DNA of 63,995 nt, counting the filler, from Octopus bimaculoides (Eukaryota), in the NCBI RefSeq assembly GCF_001194135.2. It is 4 parts of 4 records of this genome, joined end to end, with 100 filler letters (N's around TTAATTAATTAA, not from the genome) between each part and the next. Parts side by side here need not be neighbours in the genome. Positions count along the whole stretch, not along the records: positions 28,873 to 58,242 come from NC_068985.1; 3 more parts are not named here. One strand, 5' to 3'. Each line of letters starts with the position of its first letter. Within the stretch, counting starts at the first letter, position 1. The notes beneath the pieces were generated by a model. That model searched no databases. It saw only the letters and a program-made list of their open reading frames with translations, and was not told the DNA's origin. The position numbers and the translations under genes were made by a program. Below, piece by piece: positions 37,081 through 51,469 of the stretch.

Positions 37081-37672
37081 ACTGTATGATGCATTGTTTA
37101 CAGGAGATGCAAACACGACAAAACTATTTAGAGACGATCACAATATGTAAAGAGTAAGCAAGTTTGCTACATTTGTTATAAGTTTTATTCCTTCCTAAGT
37201 TGATTTACACTTTTAATTTCCCTATTGGCCCCCTACTCCCTCTACTGACTTGTTGATAGAAAAAATAAAGTATCTCAGATACTTTAATACTCAAACAACT
37301 GCTTAGAAAACAGAAAATAAATAATCAGCCCCCAGTTGTATCTCTGCATTTAAAATTTAAAGTCAATATTTGCTGTCAGTGTTAGTTAGTGCATGTAAAA
37401 ATCACTCGAGGGAAACCTAAATGAATCTCCTCAAATAAATCTTTGTTTTTTCTTTTTTTTTTTTTTAACCTTTTTCCTCTGATAAAACAGTTTGTGAACT
37501 TGAAATTTACTCATAGTCTACCTTGATATTCATTTTATCTCTTATTTTCATTTATCATTTTTATTATGTATATATTATGGCTGTTACATTTTGCATTCTC
37601 TTGTTATTTTGTTTATTTTCAACATGCATAACATCACAAATTCATTATATATAAATATACGAGTGTGTGTGC

Positions 37673-38093
37673 AGCGCTAGATTAACCATTAGGCAAAATA
37701 AGCACAGCTTAGGGCATCAAGGGAAGGAGGGGCACCACAGAAATGGTAAATGGTTTACAGCACAAAAGGAATTCACTTTAAACTTGTTAAAATATTCGGG
37801 ATGTTTCTATATCTACTTCGTATAGATACAGATGTGTTACCTTATATTAATTTTGAGGATCTGATCAAAGGAATTTGCAATTGAAAAGAGTAGGAGGAAA
37901 CTTTTCAAGTATAAATAAAGTAGAAGTACACAAAAATAAACATTATTTTCCCTCTTACTGTTTTGTCATATTTTGAAAAATAAGAATTTATCTTATGATT
38001 TGTTATTGTTTATATTTTGAATTACATAATCTTTTATGGGGGCACCAAAATCTTTTAAGTGCTTAGGACCTTGATGGGTCTTAACCCAGCCCT
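37673..38093. mobile_element. Possible MITE with short degenerate TIRs
   Basis: AGCGCTAGATTAA...TTAACCCAGCCCT; GGGGCACCA near both ends; no TSD seen. Confidence 0.35.
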
Positions 38094-38179
38094 TTATGTG
38101 TGTGTTTATTCTTATGCAACTGAAAGAAATCTTTTGGAAGTGAAAGTACAACTAGTTATCTGTTGTCATTATTTAAACC

Positions 38180-38405
38180 CAGAGGGTTGGCAAGCTGGCA
38201 AAATCTTTACCATTCTGGAGTAAACACTTAGCAGCATTTCTTCACAGCTCTTTATGTTCTGAGTTCAATTACTGTTGAGGTTGACTTTGCCTTTCATCCC
38301 TTTGTAAGTTAATAAAATAAGTACTAGTTGAGCATTGAGGTCAATGTAGTTAACTCCCCCTCCCCTCAAAATTGCTGGACTTGTACCAAGATTAGAAAGG
38401 ATTAT
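38180..38405 (+). mobile_element. SINE family 2
   Basis: GTTCTGAGTTCAA...GACTTTGCCTTTCATCCC...AAGTACTAGTTGAGCA. Confidence 0.65.
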
Positions 38406-39999
38406 TTAAACCCAGATCAGTTCTAGTTGAAGATATCTATGATCAAAGACATTCTGACAATCTCATTTTTATAACTGGGACTGAATTGTCTAAAACAGTG
38501 GTTCTCAAACTGACAAATATCAGGGCCTCTCCATCAAGATATTAATGAAATTTTTGCCTCACTATCCGTTTTTATCAATGAGAAGATTAATTAGCATTTG
38601 CTTCTATACAACTCTTTCTCCTTTGCCAAAATGTTGTACAAGTTTAAAAAGCTGAAAACCATCTTACTTTTTTTTTAATACTGCATTTTGTCTTCCTCCC
38701 TTTCAATCCTCACAACACACCCCACACACACTATGAGGAAAATTCATCTTATATGTTCTTTCTTTGTGTGTGTTGTGAGAGCTGTTTGGCTACTACTTCT
38801 ATCAAGTTAAATGACTGTACATAGGCTCCCTTGTTGGTTTTATGTACAATCAGTTGGATAGGTCTAAATTATATAACATGCACTTATTATAACTGGCTAC
38901 CAGAAAATGAAATACGAAGACACTTCACATGAGATGTGAACTCTGAATGTTACTCACACACTCACACAAACACTTATATGCATGCGACAGTTTCTTACAC
39001 AATTTTCTTCTAAACTTCACCGATACCTTCTTATGGAATATTGCTGAAGCTGAGGCTATAGCAAGAAATGTTTATTAGGCACCATGCAATAAGATCAATC
39101 CCAAAGTTCATGGTTCAGAAGTAAACTTCTTAACTATACAGTCTTCTGTATAATATATATTTCAATTTCATTCTTCTTCATTTTCTTGTTTATTCATTTC
39201 TTTCTTCCATACAATCATTAGAAAACTAAGATAGTTTAATGCTGTAATGAAGCTTGTAAGACCAGTCTCTTCACTCCACATTCTCTCTTGCATAGTGTAT
39301 NNNNNNNNNNTTTTTTTTTTTTTTTAATTCACTTTTCAAAACTTTTCAAAAAGAAGAGCAAACATTTTATCCAAGCCCTACATAAGAAGCAAACTCCAAC
39401 AACAACAAACTGAAATAAATAACTACCCTTATTCATCATAAAATGACCAAAATGAACAATAAACATTTTAGAGATGATGAAGATCATTATCATAATCTTC
39501 ATCTTCTACTTCATCCTTGTCATAGATTTAATATCATTGCAATTGATAGAAATTGTTGAGAAAAACAATGAAGTAAATTAAATAGAAATGTTATAGAAAA
39601 TTATCTTTTGGGAACATAATTTTCGAAGCATTAAACTTTTCAAAACTCTCTACCTAGTCATTAAAAAAAGGACGCTAATAACTTCTTTCTTACTAACGTT
39701 TATGTACAACCATCCATCCATCATCTTAGGAATACATATTAATTATTTGGATTGCATTCAGCTCAATCTAATATTAGATCTTAACTTACAGATTGAGCAT
39801 TATTTTCTACATATGTCTGGGCATGGCTCTTTAAACAAGAAAATACACTTCATTATTACTACCATGATTTTTCATCATTATGTTTTAAAATTTTAAATAC
39901 TTTTTTTAAATGGGAATAATTTTTGAGTGAATCTTAGCAATAAACAGTGTGTGTGTGTGTGNNNNNNNNNNNNNNNNNNNNNNNNNNNNNNNNNNNNGG

Positions 40000-40187
40000 G
40001 GGGGGGGCTGTGTGGTAAAAACTTTGCTTCGCATCCACATAGTTCTGGGTTCAGTCCCACTGTGTGGTACCTTGAGAAACTGTCTTCTGCTATAAGCCTC
40101 AAGCCAATCAAAGCCTTATGAGTGAATTTAGTAGATGGAAACTGAAAGAAGCCTGTTGTCAAGCAGAGGTCTGGAACAAACATAGCG

Positions 40188-40230
<43 letters not shown>

Positions 40231-40405
40231 ACACACACACACACACATTTATGTCCCTGTAACTTAGCAGTTCAGTAAAACAAACCGATAGAATAAGTAC
40301 TAGGTTCAAAAAATTCAAGTCCTGGGGTCTGTTTGTTTGATTAAAACCCTTCAAGGTGGTACCCCAGCATAGCCACAGTCAAATGACTGAAACAATTAAA
40401 AGATA
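40000..40405 (+). mobile_element. SINE family 1
   Basis: GGCTGTGTGG, GGGTTCAGTCCCAC, tail GGTGGTACCCCAGCATAGCCACAGTCAAATGACTGAAAC. Confidence 0.8.
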
Positions 40406-40451
40406 ATAGCAATAAATATATATAGATATAGATAAATAAATACATACATAC

Positions 40452-40518
<67 letters not shown>

Positions 40519-41124
40519 AATAAATATATATATATGTATATGTATGTATATGTGTATGTATATATATATCAATATATATTATGCCTGGTTGCATGGATAT
40601 AGCATTCACTATGTAACCACATAGTTTTGAGTTTTGTCTCACTGCATGACACCTTGAGCAAGTGTTTTTAGTGTAGCCTCAGTTTAACCAATGCCTTGTG
40701 AATAAAACTGGTATACAGAAACTGTATGGCCATATATAGGCGATGCCTATGCAGTACCTGTGTTATGTATGCACATATGCATGTAAATAAAAAGATAGAG
40801 AGAGAGAGAGAGATCTACTAGACAGAATTTAGATTACTAACTAAATATGTGATTGATACATTGATCTTGGTTTTGAAATCAAACCCCTGTCAACACACAC
40901 ACTTATATGTGTGTGTCCAAACAAAAATCAATATACCAATCAAATGTTATCTGGTAGTCTGAGGTTTATCCCTTTACAAAGGTGTAGGTTAGATATTCAT
41001 CCTTACAAAGTCATTAAAGTGAGTACCAGTCAATACAGTAGTGTGAATATAATCAACTGAAATCCTTGAATGTAGTACCCCAGGTTTGTTATAGTTCAAA
41101 GTTTGAAACCAGGATGAAAAATTG

Positions 41125-41923
41125 TATTAGGTTGTCAAATTCATTTTTTACCATTTATTTTGTACCTTACTTATTAAGTGAAGGTAAAGGGTGATGGTAT
41201 CACGAGAGCAACCCATTTGCCTGGCTAATTTCCTATTGGATTGGCATGGATTCTTGTGGGTGAGGTCTTTCAATTAATCTTCATTGAAATGAACAGGTCA
41301 GCGGAAGTGCAGAGAGTCTGTATAGTCAAATTTCCCCTCCTTAATGTATGAAAAACTATTTTTGTGCACCTCTTCCAGTAACAGCATCTTCTCTGTACAC
41401 AATGCAAATGTCTTGAGAGGCTTTGGCACCTTGACTGAACATGAAAAGAAGCAGGTATTGAAAATGCTAATTTCTTTTCTACTTGTCATTTTATCTGAAA
41501 AAGAGCTAAAATTTATTCAAATTTCCAAAATAATTTAAACAAAAGTTGTAGAAGAAGAATCATCATTAACATTATCATCATCAACAATTAACGTTTTTCC
41601 ATACTGGCATGGGTTGGACGGTTTGACATGAACTGATAAGGCCAAGGGCTGCACCAGGTTCCATAGTCTGTTTTGGATTGGTTTCTACAGCTGGATGCCC
41701 TTCAAAAGTGCCAACCACTTTACAGAGTGTACTGGATACTTTTAACTTGGCACCATCACTAATGCTTTTTACATGGCACCAGCACTCACACCAGTGCTTT
41801 TTATGTGGCGCTTTGGTTTTGGAATGGAGCTACAAAGAAACAAAGTATGAGGATAAAAATATTTTGTGTGTTAATTCAAATAACACTGGAATGAAATGAA
41901 CGAATTTATCTGAAAATCCAATA
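41125..41923 (-). mobile_element. Internally deleted mariner carrying an RTE 3' UTR copy nested at ~41570-41815
   Basis: HFQYLLLFMFSQGAKASQDICIVYREDAVT...KEGKFD...PVHFNED*LKDL..KNP..SNRKLARQMGCSRDTITLYLHLISKVQ; ends TATTAGGTTGTC and GAAAATCCAATA. Confidence 0.75.
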
Positions 41924-43514
41924 GAATAAAAGAATGTGCAGATATAAGAAGATCTGAAGATGAAATCTGTAAGCAGTTCAGTTTTCAGTGTTGAAAGATC
42001 ACCAGAATTAATATTTACTGGTAACTAGTTAAAAGCTTACATAGAATTTGATAGCTTAAATTTCATTGCTATAATTTAGCTTTTCAATGCTTTGATCACA
42101 ATAAATGGCAGATTGATTAAATAAGGAGTAACTCAAGCATGAAGCACTAAACTGACTGGATAGATGTTTGACATAGCCTTTGGCATTCTCCCAATCTTGA
42201 GTTTGAATCTTGGATTGGAATCAGTTACTGAAGTGTTGTTGTCCAGTCAAAGACAAACAACCGATTCAAGTAATAAGACTTGATAAATATTTGAAGGACA
42301 ATAGATTTGAATCTCACTTTCTTCTGATATACTGAAAGACCTCATAAATGAGTCATCATTTACAAGCTTCTTAATCATGAAACTACAGTGTAGCAAGAGT
42401 TAACAGTTAGTGCAGGAATCATGAAAAACAAGGTGAAGGAGAAAAATATTAGTCTTTAATATTATTTTAAGTATTTCAGTAAGTACAAGACATATTTTGT
42501 TTTTTTTACCTTTTAATATCCCAATGCTCTTTATGTTGAACTTAACTGTTGCTTTTCGTGCAGATGGTATCTTTGAGCTATTTATTCTGTAACCACATTG
42601 GATTTTCTTGATCTGCTAGTGTACAATTTTGTACATTTACTAAGTGGTTTTCATATCATTTCTTCCCAGTTACTGTAAAGCTTGTTCTTTGACACAGTCA
42701 AAATAAGACTTAAAACATGTCCATTGTTACTGAAATGATTATGATAAAATTAGTCAATGACAAATAGTGTTTCTTTACACAGATAGCTTATTCATATTAA
42801 ACTACAAACTATAATATATTGCCTACTAGTAACTTTATGACCTAGGTGTGCCCCACCGCCCAACCATATCCCACTTTAATAAGGTCCTCAAAATAGCACC
42901 TATTTTCTGAAGTTCTAAGAACTGTGCCCTTTTAACCATATTATCACTGTTCCCCCACCCTTCATCTAGACTGTGACTTCAACTGTCAAAAATGTAAATT
43001 CTGCAGAACCATGATGTAGTGCTGAAATTGTTTTACTGTCAACTGGCTACCACAATCTCACTTACATGTTTCTGATACACTATTGAATTCCTTACAATCA
43101 TTTTTACTCTTCCAGGAGCTTTTCTCTACTAAGGGCATGGACAATTTCTTTTGATTGAAGTTTTTTTTTAACTCTACTATGTTTATATTTAGTGGGCAAA
43201 ACATTGTTTTCTGAGGTACTGTTCTTCACTCATATTCTTCATATTCATTATAAAAATTATAAGCATCTTTCATTTTGTGAGATTGATTCATTTGATTATT
43301 ACTTTCATATCCATTATTCCGTGTTTGCATGGGTTGGACAAATACTTACTATTGTGGCTGTGTCATCAACAAGCTTGCTTCCCAGCCTTATCGTCTCCAT
43401 TTCAATCCCACTGTATAACACCTTGTGCAAGTGCTTTCTGTTATAACCCCAGGGCCAACCAAAGCCTTGTGAATGGAATTGATAGATAGAAACTATATAT
43501 AAGTCCAGCATATA

Positions 43515-43546
<32 letters not shown>

Positions 43547-44679
43547 TCATGAATCATGTCCTGGTTGTAAATGAGTGTCACCATGAAAGAAGTAATATTG
43601 TTCATTTCTAATCATTTGTGGAAAGTGTGTCTACCCATGGGAAATATCATCTTATTTGGAAACAGGTGATGGTTCATGATAAGAAGGGCATCTAACTGTA
43701 GAAAATTTGCCTGAACAAACTCTGTCTGATCCATATTAGGAAATGTGAACATTAAATGATGACAATGATGAGACATTTGTCTACAGCTAGATGCCCTTCT
43801 TATCACTATATCTTACCTATTTTTCTAAGTAAAGGTGATTATATTCCCCATATCTTTGAAAGCACAGAACTATGGAATGACTGTTAACAACAGAGAATGT
43901 TACCATGTATATATTTTAATTTTTTTTTCTCACGTACCTTCATGCAAAGTTGCAGAATATAAGCATTCACAAAAGCACACATATGTACTCACAGATGCAC
44001 CTACGGGATCTTTGTCTGTCTTTTCTCTTTTTTTATTTGTTTCAGTCATGTGGCTCCAAATTTAATTCCATTGTGTAGCACTTCAGGCAAGTGTTTTCTA
44101 CCGTGGAATTAGGTAAACAAAGACCATGCAGAATCCCTGTGTGTGTGTGTGTGTGTGTGTGTGAGTGTGTGCGTGTGTGTGCAATTGCATTTGAATTTTT
44201 CAAACAAGAGTAAAAAGTAATCTAATCAGTTGTAATCTATAATTATTTATTTTTGTGCCTGCTCAAATGAGTAAAATGTCTATCCTTATGTATGTGAATC
44301 TTGTACCCCTGCATGTTCTTCATCATAGCTTTTCGACAAACAAAAATGGTTGAGATTGATAAAAGAAATACTTGACTGTATACAGCATACATACCAGGGT
44401 TGATGTGATAAACTAAACCAATTCTTTTGCTCAGCCACATTGAACTGTGCTCCAGCATGGTCTATTCAAGAGTGACAATCTTTATTACTTTTCACCACCG
44501 ATGAAAACTGAATCATTCCAATGAGTTGATGCCTTTTACCTTTGTTTACTACCTGAAGCCTGTTTCGATCACCCTCCACTTTTCACCTTGGCCTTTGTGG
44601 AATATCTCCAGGATAAATATTGTTATACTATATCCTCTGATAACTTTATTTCAATATTCATTGAATGTTCACTATGCCA

Positions 44680-45797
44680 TGGGTTAACGACTCAACATAT
44701 CACACCCCCTCAATGAACATATATAAGAAATACAGCATAATCCGTCAAACATAAGGAATAAGAAGAAATAACACAAGAAACATAACGCAAGAAGAAATAA
44801 TAAATAAATAAAAATATAGCATATAGTATAAAATTTTTATACACGAATATATTGTTATTATTTATTAAAAATAGAAATAAATTTAGAAGTAATAAATAAT
44901 AACAAGTGTAATAGTTTACGTTAGGGTGAATTGAAACCTCGTAGATTGGTTTTGATACTGCAGCCTGTTTGGCTATTCTAAATTGTCACTTTTTTTTTTT
45001 TTTTTTTATCTTCCAATTATTTACATAGGCTGGTCCATTTTGTTTATATATATTTGCTCTTTATAGAAATCATCTTTTTTTTTTCCTCCTTGTGCATGAC
45101 CTCCAAAATGGCCATGGGTATTGTATGAAATTCGTGAAATTGTTTTTACTGATGGATACCTGCGGTGTGCTGTAATTGTTTTTGACTCATGTGTGGTGAA
45201 CCTTTTTTGACAGGGTTAGCAGAATTGAACTTTTGCCTGTTGATACCTGCTGGGTGCCTGTTGTTCGCTCTTGTGTGTGCGGGATTGGTGCGAACTTGCC
45301 TTTTGGTGTCTACTGTTTTTGAGGTATGAAATGTGCCCCAGGGAGTTGAAGAACTTTGAACTTTAATTCTAAGTGGTGTTAAATCACTTCTGTCCTTGTT
45401 TTTTTTCAACCCATAGACTACTTTATGGTACCTCATTTCTTCATTTCATTTTATTTTACTATATCGACTTATATTATATTATATATTTGAAATTTTTACT
45501 CCTTCCGTATTAATTTTTATTCGTATTTATTTTAACTTTTTTAACTCCTATGAAATGATATTCACGTGTATTGCTTCATACCTTTAACTCAATTTTTTTC
45601 AGTTCCATGTTATTGGCTGAAGCAATATATTCATGTATAAAAATTTTATACTATATGCTATATTTTTATTTATTTATTATTTCTTCTTGCGTTATGTTTC
45701 TTGCGTTATTTCTTCTTATTCCTTATGTTTGACGGATTATGCTGTATTTCTTATATATGTTCATTGAGTGAGTGTGATATGTTGAGTCGTTAACCCA
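44680..45797. mobile_element. Unclassified element with 175 bp inverted terminal repeats
   Basis: 44680-44854 versus 45623-45797: 4 mismatches; termini TGGGTTAAC / GTTAACCCA; no TSD; 96 aa minus-strand ORF inside. Confidence 0.8.
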
Positions 45798-45814
45798 GTC
45801 TTTTTATTCTTTAA

Positions 45815-45866
<52 letters not shown>

Positions 45867-46131
45867 TATATATATTTGTGTGTGTATCTTTGTATCTACT
45901 ATTGTTCACCACCACCATTTGACAACCAGAGTTGGTTTGTTTATATCCTTGTAACTTAATGGTTTGGCAAAAGAGACCAATTCATTAAGTACCAAACTTT
46001 AAAAATAAATAACTATGGGGTCAATTCATTCAGCTAAAACTTCTTCAAAGTGGTGCACCAGCCTGGCCACAGTCTAATGACTGACGCAAGTAAAAGATTA
46101 AAAGTTGTTATATATATATATACATATATAT

Positions 46132-46165
<34 letters not shown>

Positions 46166-46974
46166 NNNNNNNNNNNNNNNNNNNNNNNNNNNNNNNNNNN
46201 NNNNNNNNNNNNNNNNNNNNNNNNNNNNNNNNNNNNNNNNNNNNNNNNNNNNNNNNNNNNNNNNNNNNNNNNNNNNNNNNNNNNNNNNNNNNNNNNNNNN
46301 NNNNNNNNNNNNNNNNNNNNNNNNNNNNNNNNNNNNNNNNNNNNNNNNNNNNNNNNNNNNNNNNNNNNNNNNNNNNNNNNNNNNNNNNNNNNNNNNNNNN
46401 NNNNNNNNNNNNNNNNNNNNNNNNNNNNNNNNNNNNNNNNNNNNNNNNNNNNNNNNNNNNNNNNNNNNNNNNNNNNNNNNNNNNNNNNNNNNNNNNNNNN
46501 NNNNNNNNNNNNNNNNNNNNNNNNNNNNNNNNNNNNNNNNNNNNNNNNNNNNNNNNNNNNNNNNNNNNNNNNNNNNNNNNNNNNNNNNNNNNNNNNNNNN
46601 NNNNNNNNNNNNNNNNNNNNNNNNNNNNNNNNNNNNNNNNNNNTATATATATGTACATATATAGACAGACAAATATACTACAGGCTTCTGTCAATTTTTG
46701 TGTACCAAATCCACCCACAAGGTTTTGGTTGGCCTGAGACTATTGTTGAAGACACTTATTTGCCCAAGGTGCCATGCAGTTAGACTGAACCTGGAACCAT
46801 GTTGTTGGGAAACAACCTTTTTACCACACCGTCACACCTGTGCCAGTGTATGTGTGTCTATATACGTACACACGCATACAAACATATATAGATGATGGTG
46901 ATGAGAATGATATTGCATTAAATTGTTATGATATTTGTCAAAAACTTGGTTTTCTTTCTTTTCTTTATATCTGG

Positions 46975-47172
46975 TAGATCTGTCATTTTAGTGAATTTTT
47001 ATTAAACTTTTTCTGATGATAACTGAAAAGAAACAACTATTTTAGCAAAACATATTAACACTAATAACAAATCAAAAAACATAAAAATAAACAGTCTTTT
47101 GACGGTTTTATAGATATTTCAAAATGATGATGTTATGATGCTAGGTGTTTCCATTATTTTGCCCAAACCCTG
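46975..47172 (-). mobile_element. Tc1 5'-end fragment (copy 4)
   Basis: Matches 21980-22169; ends GGTGTTTCCATTATTTTGCCCAAACCCTG-TA. Confidence 0.8.
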
Positions 47173-47219
47173 TATACACACACACACACACACACACATA
47201 TATATTAATATATATATAC

Positions 47220-47395
47220 AATGGGCTCCTCTCCCTTCAGTTTCCGTCTAACAAATCCACTCACAAGGCTTTGGTCAGCATGAGACTATAGTAGAAGACA
47301 CTGGCCCAATGTGCCATGCAGCATGCAGTAGGACTGAACCCGCAACCATATGGTTGGGAAGCAAGCTTCTTACCACACTGCCATGCCTGTGCCTA
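47220..47395 (-). mobile_element. SINE family 1 5' half (another at ~46680-46835)
   Basis: CAGTTTCCGTCT..CAAATCCACTCACAAGGCTTTGGTC...GGACTGAACC. Confidence 0.7.
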
Positions 47396-48665
47396 TGCCA
47401 CACCTGCACCATATATATATATATACACACATATATACACACATATATACATACATACACACAGACACACACACACGCGCATATACATAAGCATACATTC
47501 AGACACAAACACATACATTTGAAANNNNNNNNNNNNNNNNNNNNNNNNNNNNNNNNNNNNNNNNNNNNNNNNNNNNNNNNNNNNNNNNNNNNNNNNNNNN
47601 NNNNNNNNNNNNNNNNNNNNNNNNNNNNNNNNNNNNNNNNNNNNNNNNNNNNNNNNNNNNNNNNNNNNNNNNNNNNNNNNNNNNNNNNNNNNNNNNNNNN
47701 NNNNNNNNNNNNNNNNNNNNNNNNNNNNNNNNNNNNNNNNNNNNNNNNNNNNNNNNNNNNNNNNNNNNNNNNNNNNNNNNNNNNNNNNNNNNNNNNNNNN
47801 NNNNNNNNNNNNNNNNNNNNNNNNNNNNNNNNNNNNNNNNNNNNNNNNNNNNNNNNNNNNNNNNNNNNNNNNNNNNNNNNNNNNNNNNNNNNNNNNNNNN
47901 NNNNNNNNNNNNNNNNNNNNNNNNNNNNNNNNNNNNNNNNNNNNNNNNNNNNNNNNNNNNNNNNNNNNNNNNNTGTCAGCACACTGGCGTTTTTGTTTTG
48001 TTTTATGTTTTGTTTCTTATTTTCCTTCTTGCTTAGCTAATATGCAGGTTTTATCTAGCTTACAGATTACTCACATCCTTTCTCCCTTCTTTCCTTTCTC
48101 ACTCGGCTTTCTTTCTTCCTTTCCTTTCTTATGTCTTCATGACTTCCTTCCTTCCTTTCTGTCTTCTTCACAACTTCCTTGCTCGCTTTTCTTTTCACTC
48201 ACCACCACCCATCCACTCCCATTTCTATTAGTCTTCTTCTTCTTTTCTTCTTCCTCTTCACCCCATCTCCATCCTGTCTCTCTTCTCTCCTCCAATTTTA
48301 TTTTTTCCTTTATTTTTTTTCTTATTTACTTTCTTTTCTTCATATTTGCTTTGCTTTACCTTATTCTGTATCTATCTTCTTTATCTACTTTTATTGCTGC
48401 TTATTTTGCTTATTTTTTTTATGTATCTTAACCATTATCACTGTCATCATCATTATCATCTTTCTTCTTCTTCTTAACTATTCTGTATCTGTGCCCTTCC
48501 TTCTCCATGGCTTTTCCATCTGTCCCCTGTGTACGTACATATGTATGTATGTGTGTGTATATATATCTTACTCAAGGAGAACTTGGTAACCCTTGTAAAA
48601 CTCATGCCCGTTCTGTCCCCTGTTTCCCTTCCCCTTTAGCCCATCCCCCAACAGACTTCTAACCA

Positions 48666-48700
<35 letters not shown>

Positions 48701-49384
48701 CCTCTCCTCTGCCACATCTCAACCCCAGTTTCCGAGACCCCACTTTTCAGTGCCAAATTTATTATGATTATCAAGATGGCAGCTCTGATAGGACATTAAT
48801 AACATAGAACAAGGAATCTATCTTGTACAAGATATGTTTTGCTGTCTGTTACACATTGTCATTGTTGATGATATTGTTATTGCTGTTGCTGTTGTTGGTA
48901 TATGCAGAAGTTCATGTTGTTTTTATTGTTGCTGTTGTTATCATTAGTTGTCAGTGTCAGGAGAATGTTAAACCAAAGGCTTTGTGATATTTCATGTCAT
49001 TTCATTGTGTTCTCTCTCATACAGACTGAGATCAAATCTCACTAAGGAAGTTTAAATGTTTATTTCATCCTCCAGGGATCAGTGAAATTATGTACCAGCT
49101 ACGCACTGGTGTTGGCTTGAGAGACTAGATATGTCTTTCTTACAAAGCTGTTGTTACAAGCCAGTGTTCCAGTATTGCTGTTACAAGCTAGTACTGATTA
49201 CGTTGTTTAGACTTAGGTCAGTTGTGATTAAGAAGACCTATGATTGAAGGTTTTTGTGTGAAGACCATACCAGTGACATCCCCCTACATTGGTAGTAGGA
49301 GATTTGGCTGCTACTTCTAGCAGATTGGGCAACCATACAAAAGCTCCCATTTTGGAATTGTCATATTCTGTAGAGTATCTTTTA

Positions 49385-49572
49385 TTCTTTTACTTGTTTC
49401 AATCATTTGACTGCAGCCATGCAGGAGCACCACCTTAAGGGGTTTTTAGTCAAACAAATTGACCCCAGGACTTATTCTTTGTAAGCCTAGTAGCCAATAT
49501 GTTACAGCGACGTAAACTCACCACCGTTGGTTGTCACATAATGGTGGTGGTGGTGGTGGGACAAACACACAC

Positions 49573-49641
<69 letters not shown>

Positions 49642-49785
49642 ACAGGCTTCTTTCAGTGTCCATCTATACCAAATCCACTCACAAGGCTTTGGTCGGCCCA
49701 AGGCTCTAGTAGAAAACACTTGCCCAAGGTTCCATGCAGTGGGACTGAACCCAGAACCATGTGGTTGGGAAGCAAGCTTCTTTCA
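49385..49785 (-). mobile_element. SINE family 1
   Basis: Tail TACTTGTTTCAATCATTTGACTG to head GGGACTGAACCCAGAACC. Confidence 0.8.
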
Positions 49786-50489
49786 ATAAAGCCATACCTT
49801 TCCTTTTTATCTTCAGTTCTTTGTTATTGAGAATGTTGTTGAAAGTAGCAATGTCGTTTGTTATTGTTACTGAAGTTGCATGTGGCATATTGTTGATGTT
49901 GTCATCATCTTCGAAGTGATGGCGATGGTGTGAACTCTGTAGTGTTATTGTCATTTGTAAAATGCTATTTTTGGTTTTGCTGTCTCACGCACTCTGTTGT
50001 CGTTTAGCTCTATGTCTGTTCTGATCAAACAGACATATAGCAAAAGATATTCCAGCCATGACAATCCTTGATTCTTTGTATATCCAGGATTAGATTAGCC
50101 AATATGTCCACCCTGTCTTAAGACTGCTGGGTCTCATTTGAGGTACATTTTGCTGCTATTTCTAACAGGCCAATCAATCCCCTAAATCAGGGGTGAAGAA
50201 CCTTTCTAGTCATCATCATCATCATCATCATCATCAGGTATTGTCTAATCTCAGTAGGTTGAATGCTGTGGATAGCTCCAGTACTATTTGTGGTGTACAT
50301 TGTGAAGTTTTACTTCCTTTCATATGCTGGTACGTCAGTGTGCAGCATTGAACTTTGACGACAAAAAAAAAGAAAAAACACTGCAAGGCAATATGCAAGT
50401 TAAATCAACTATGTGGACTTCTACAATGTGTACAGCAGCAGCAGCACAGTTCCATACATGTGATCAGTACTTCTATGTTGGCCTTATTC

Positions 50490-50790
50490 AAGGCACATGG
50501 TTCAGTGGTTAGAGCATTGGGCTCATAGTCATGAGGTAGTGAGTTCGATTCGCAGACTGGACTGTGTGGTGTTTTTGAGCAAGACACTTTACTTCTAATT
50601 GCTTCAGTTCATTCAACTATAGAAATGTGCAGCGGCATCACTGGTGCCAAGCCTTAACATCAGTGGCATGCAGAGGGGAGGCTAGTATGCATGGGTGACT
50701 GCTGGTCTTCCATAAACAACCTTGTCCAGACTTGTGCTTCGGAGAGAAACTTTCTAGGTGCAATTCCATGGACTCTTTACTCTTTACTCT
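50490..50790 (+). mobile_element. tRNA-derived SINE family 3
   Basis: GGCACATGGTTCAGTGGTTAGAGC...CTCATAGTCATGAGGTAGTGAGTTCGATTC; TTGAGCAAGACACTT; (CTCTTTA)n tail. Confidence 0.7.
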
Positions 50791-51469
50791 ATTCAGGTTG
50801 TATTTTTAACCACCTTATTGTAGAATCTTAGAGGTTGCAGCATGGTTTAGATAATGACATGTATGAAGGATCACCATGAAAGCTCATCAAAGATTGTAAA
50901 GCCCAGCTTATGAATCAAGGAGGTATGAAAAGGCTTAAAGTTTTATCTACTTTGTCTTACCTGTTAATTAAAACAGGAGTTCTCAAACAATCTCCCCACC
51001 CCGCCAAGCAATGAGAACCTTTGGTTAAGTGTAACCAAGCACATGCAGGAAGACTGATGGTTTTTGTTGTGTACTCTTCATGACCAGAGAGGGTGAGATG
51101 CAATAAGAGAGTTTCTTTGAATTATATGGTGTTTATGTCCTTGTGTTACTGGAAAAGATAAAGCTGTCATGTTGCCATTGAAGAATGTTCTGAAGGACAT
51201 TGTTCAGGGTGGCAGTAATTGAATTCTAGTTATAATCATGGGTAATATATGTGGATGGTTAAGTGGATATGTTATCAAAGAACCAACTGAAAGTATAGAG
51301 CAGCATTTCCTAACTGGGGTTCCTTGGAACCAAAAGATTCTGAAAGAGGCCTCCAGGAGTTTCATGAAAAATAAATGATAAATTAATTATATGCTAATTG
51401 TATGCAACTCAGTTTAAGTCCTTTTAGTGTTTAATTCTGTATGTGTAATTTTATTAGACATAGGCACAG

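Noticed and set aside
37104-37153. 50 nt candidate exon with good acceptor and donor
   Set aside because: Phase-0 translation EMQTRQNYLETITICK is not lipase-like and there is no other support
37703-37717. CACAGCTTAGGGCAT (HSLGH) as the missing lipase catalytic exon
   Set aside because: Preceded by K rather than G, no lipase context or splice sites, and it lies within a MITE-like repeat
38496-38511. hAT-type terminus CAGTGGTTCTCAAACT (similar bits near 50974 and 51301)
   Set aside because: No matching opposite end or TSD could be established; too short to call an element
50490-50560. tRNA gene
   Set aside because: No acceptor-stem closure; continues into a SINE body. The same applies to the other tRNA-like heads
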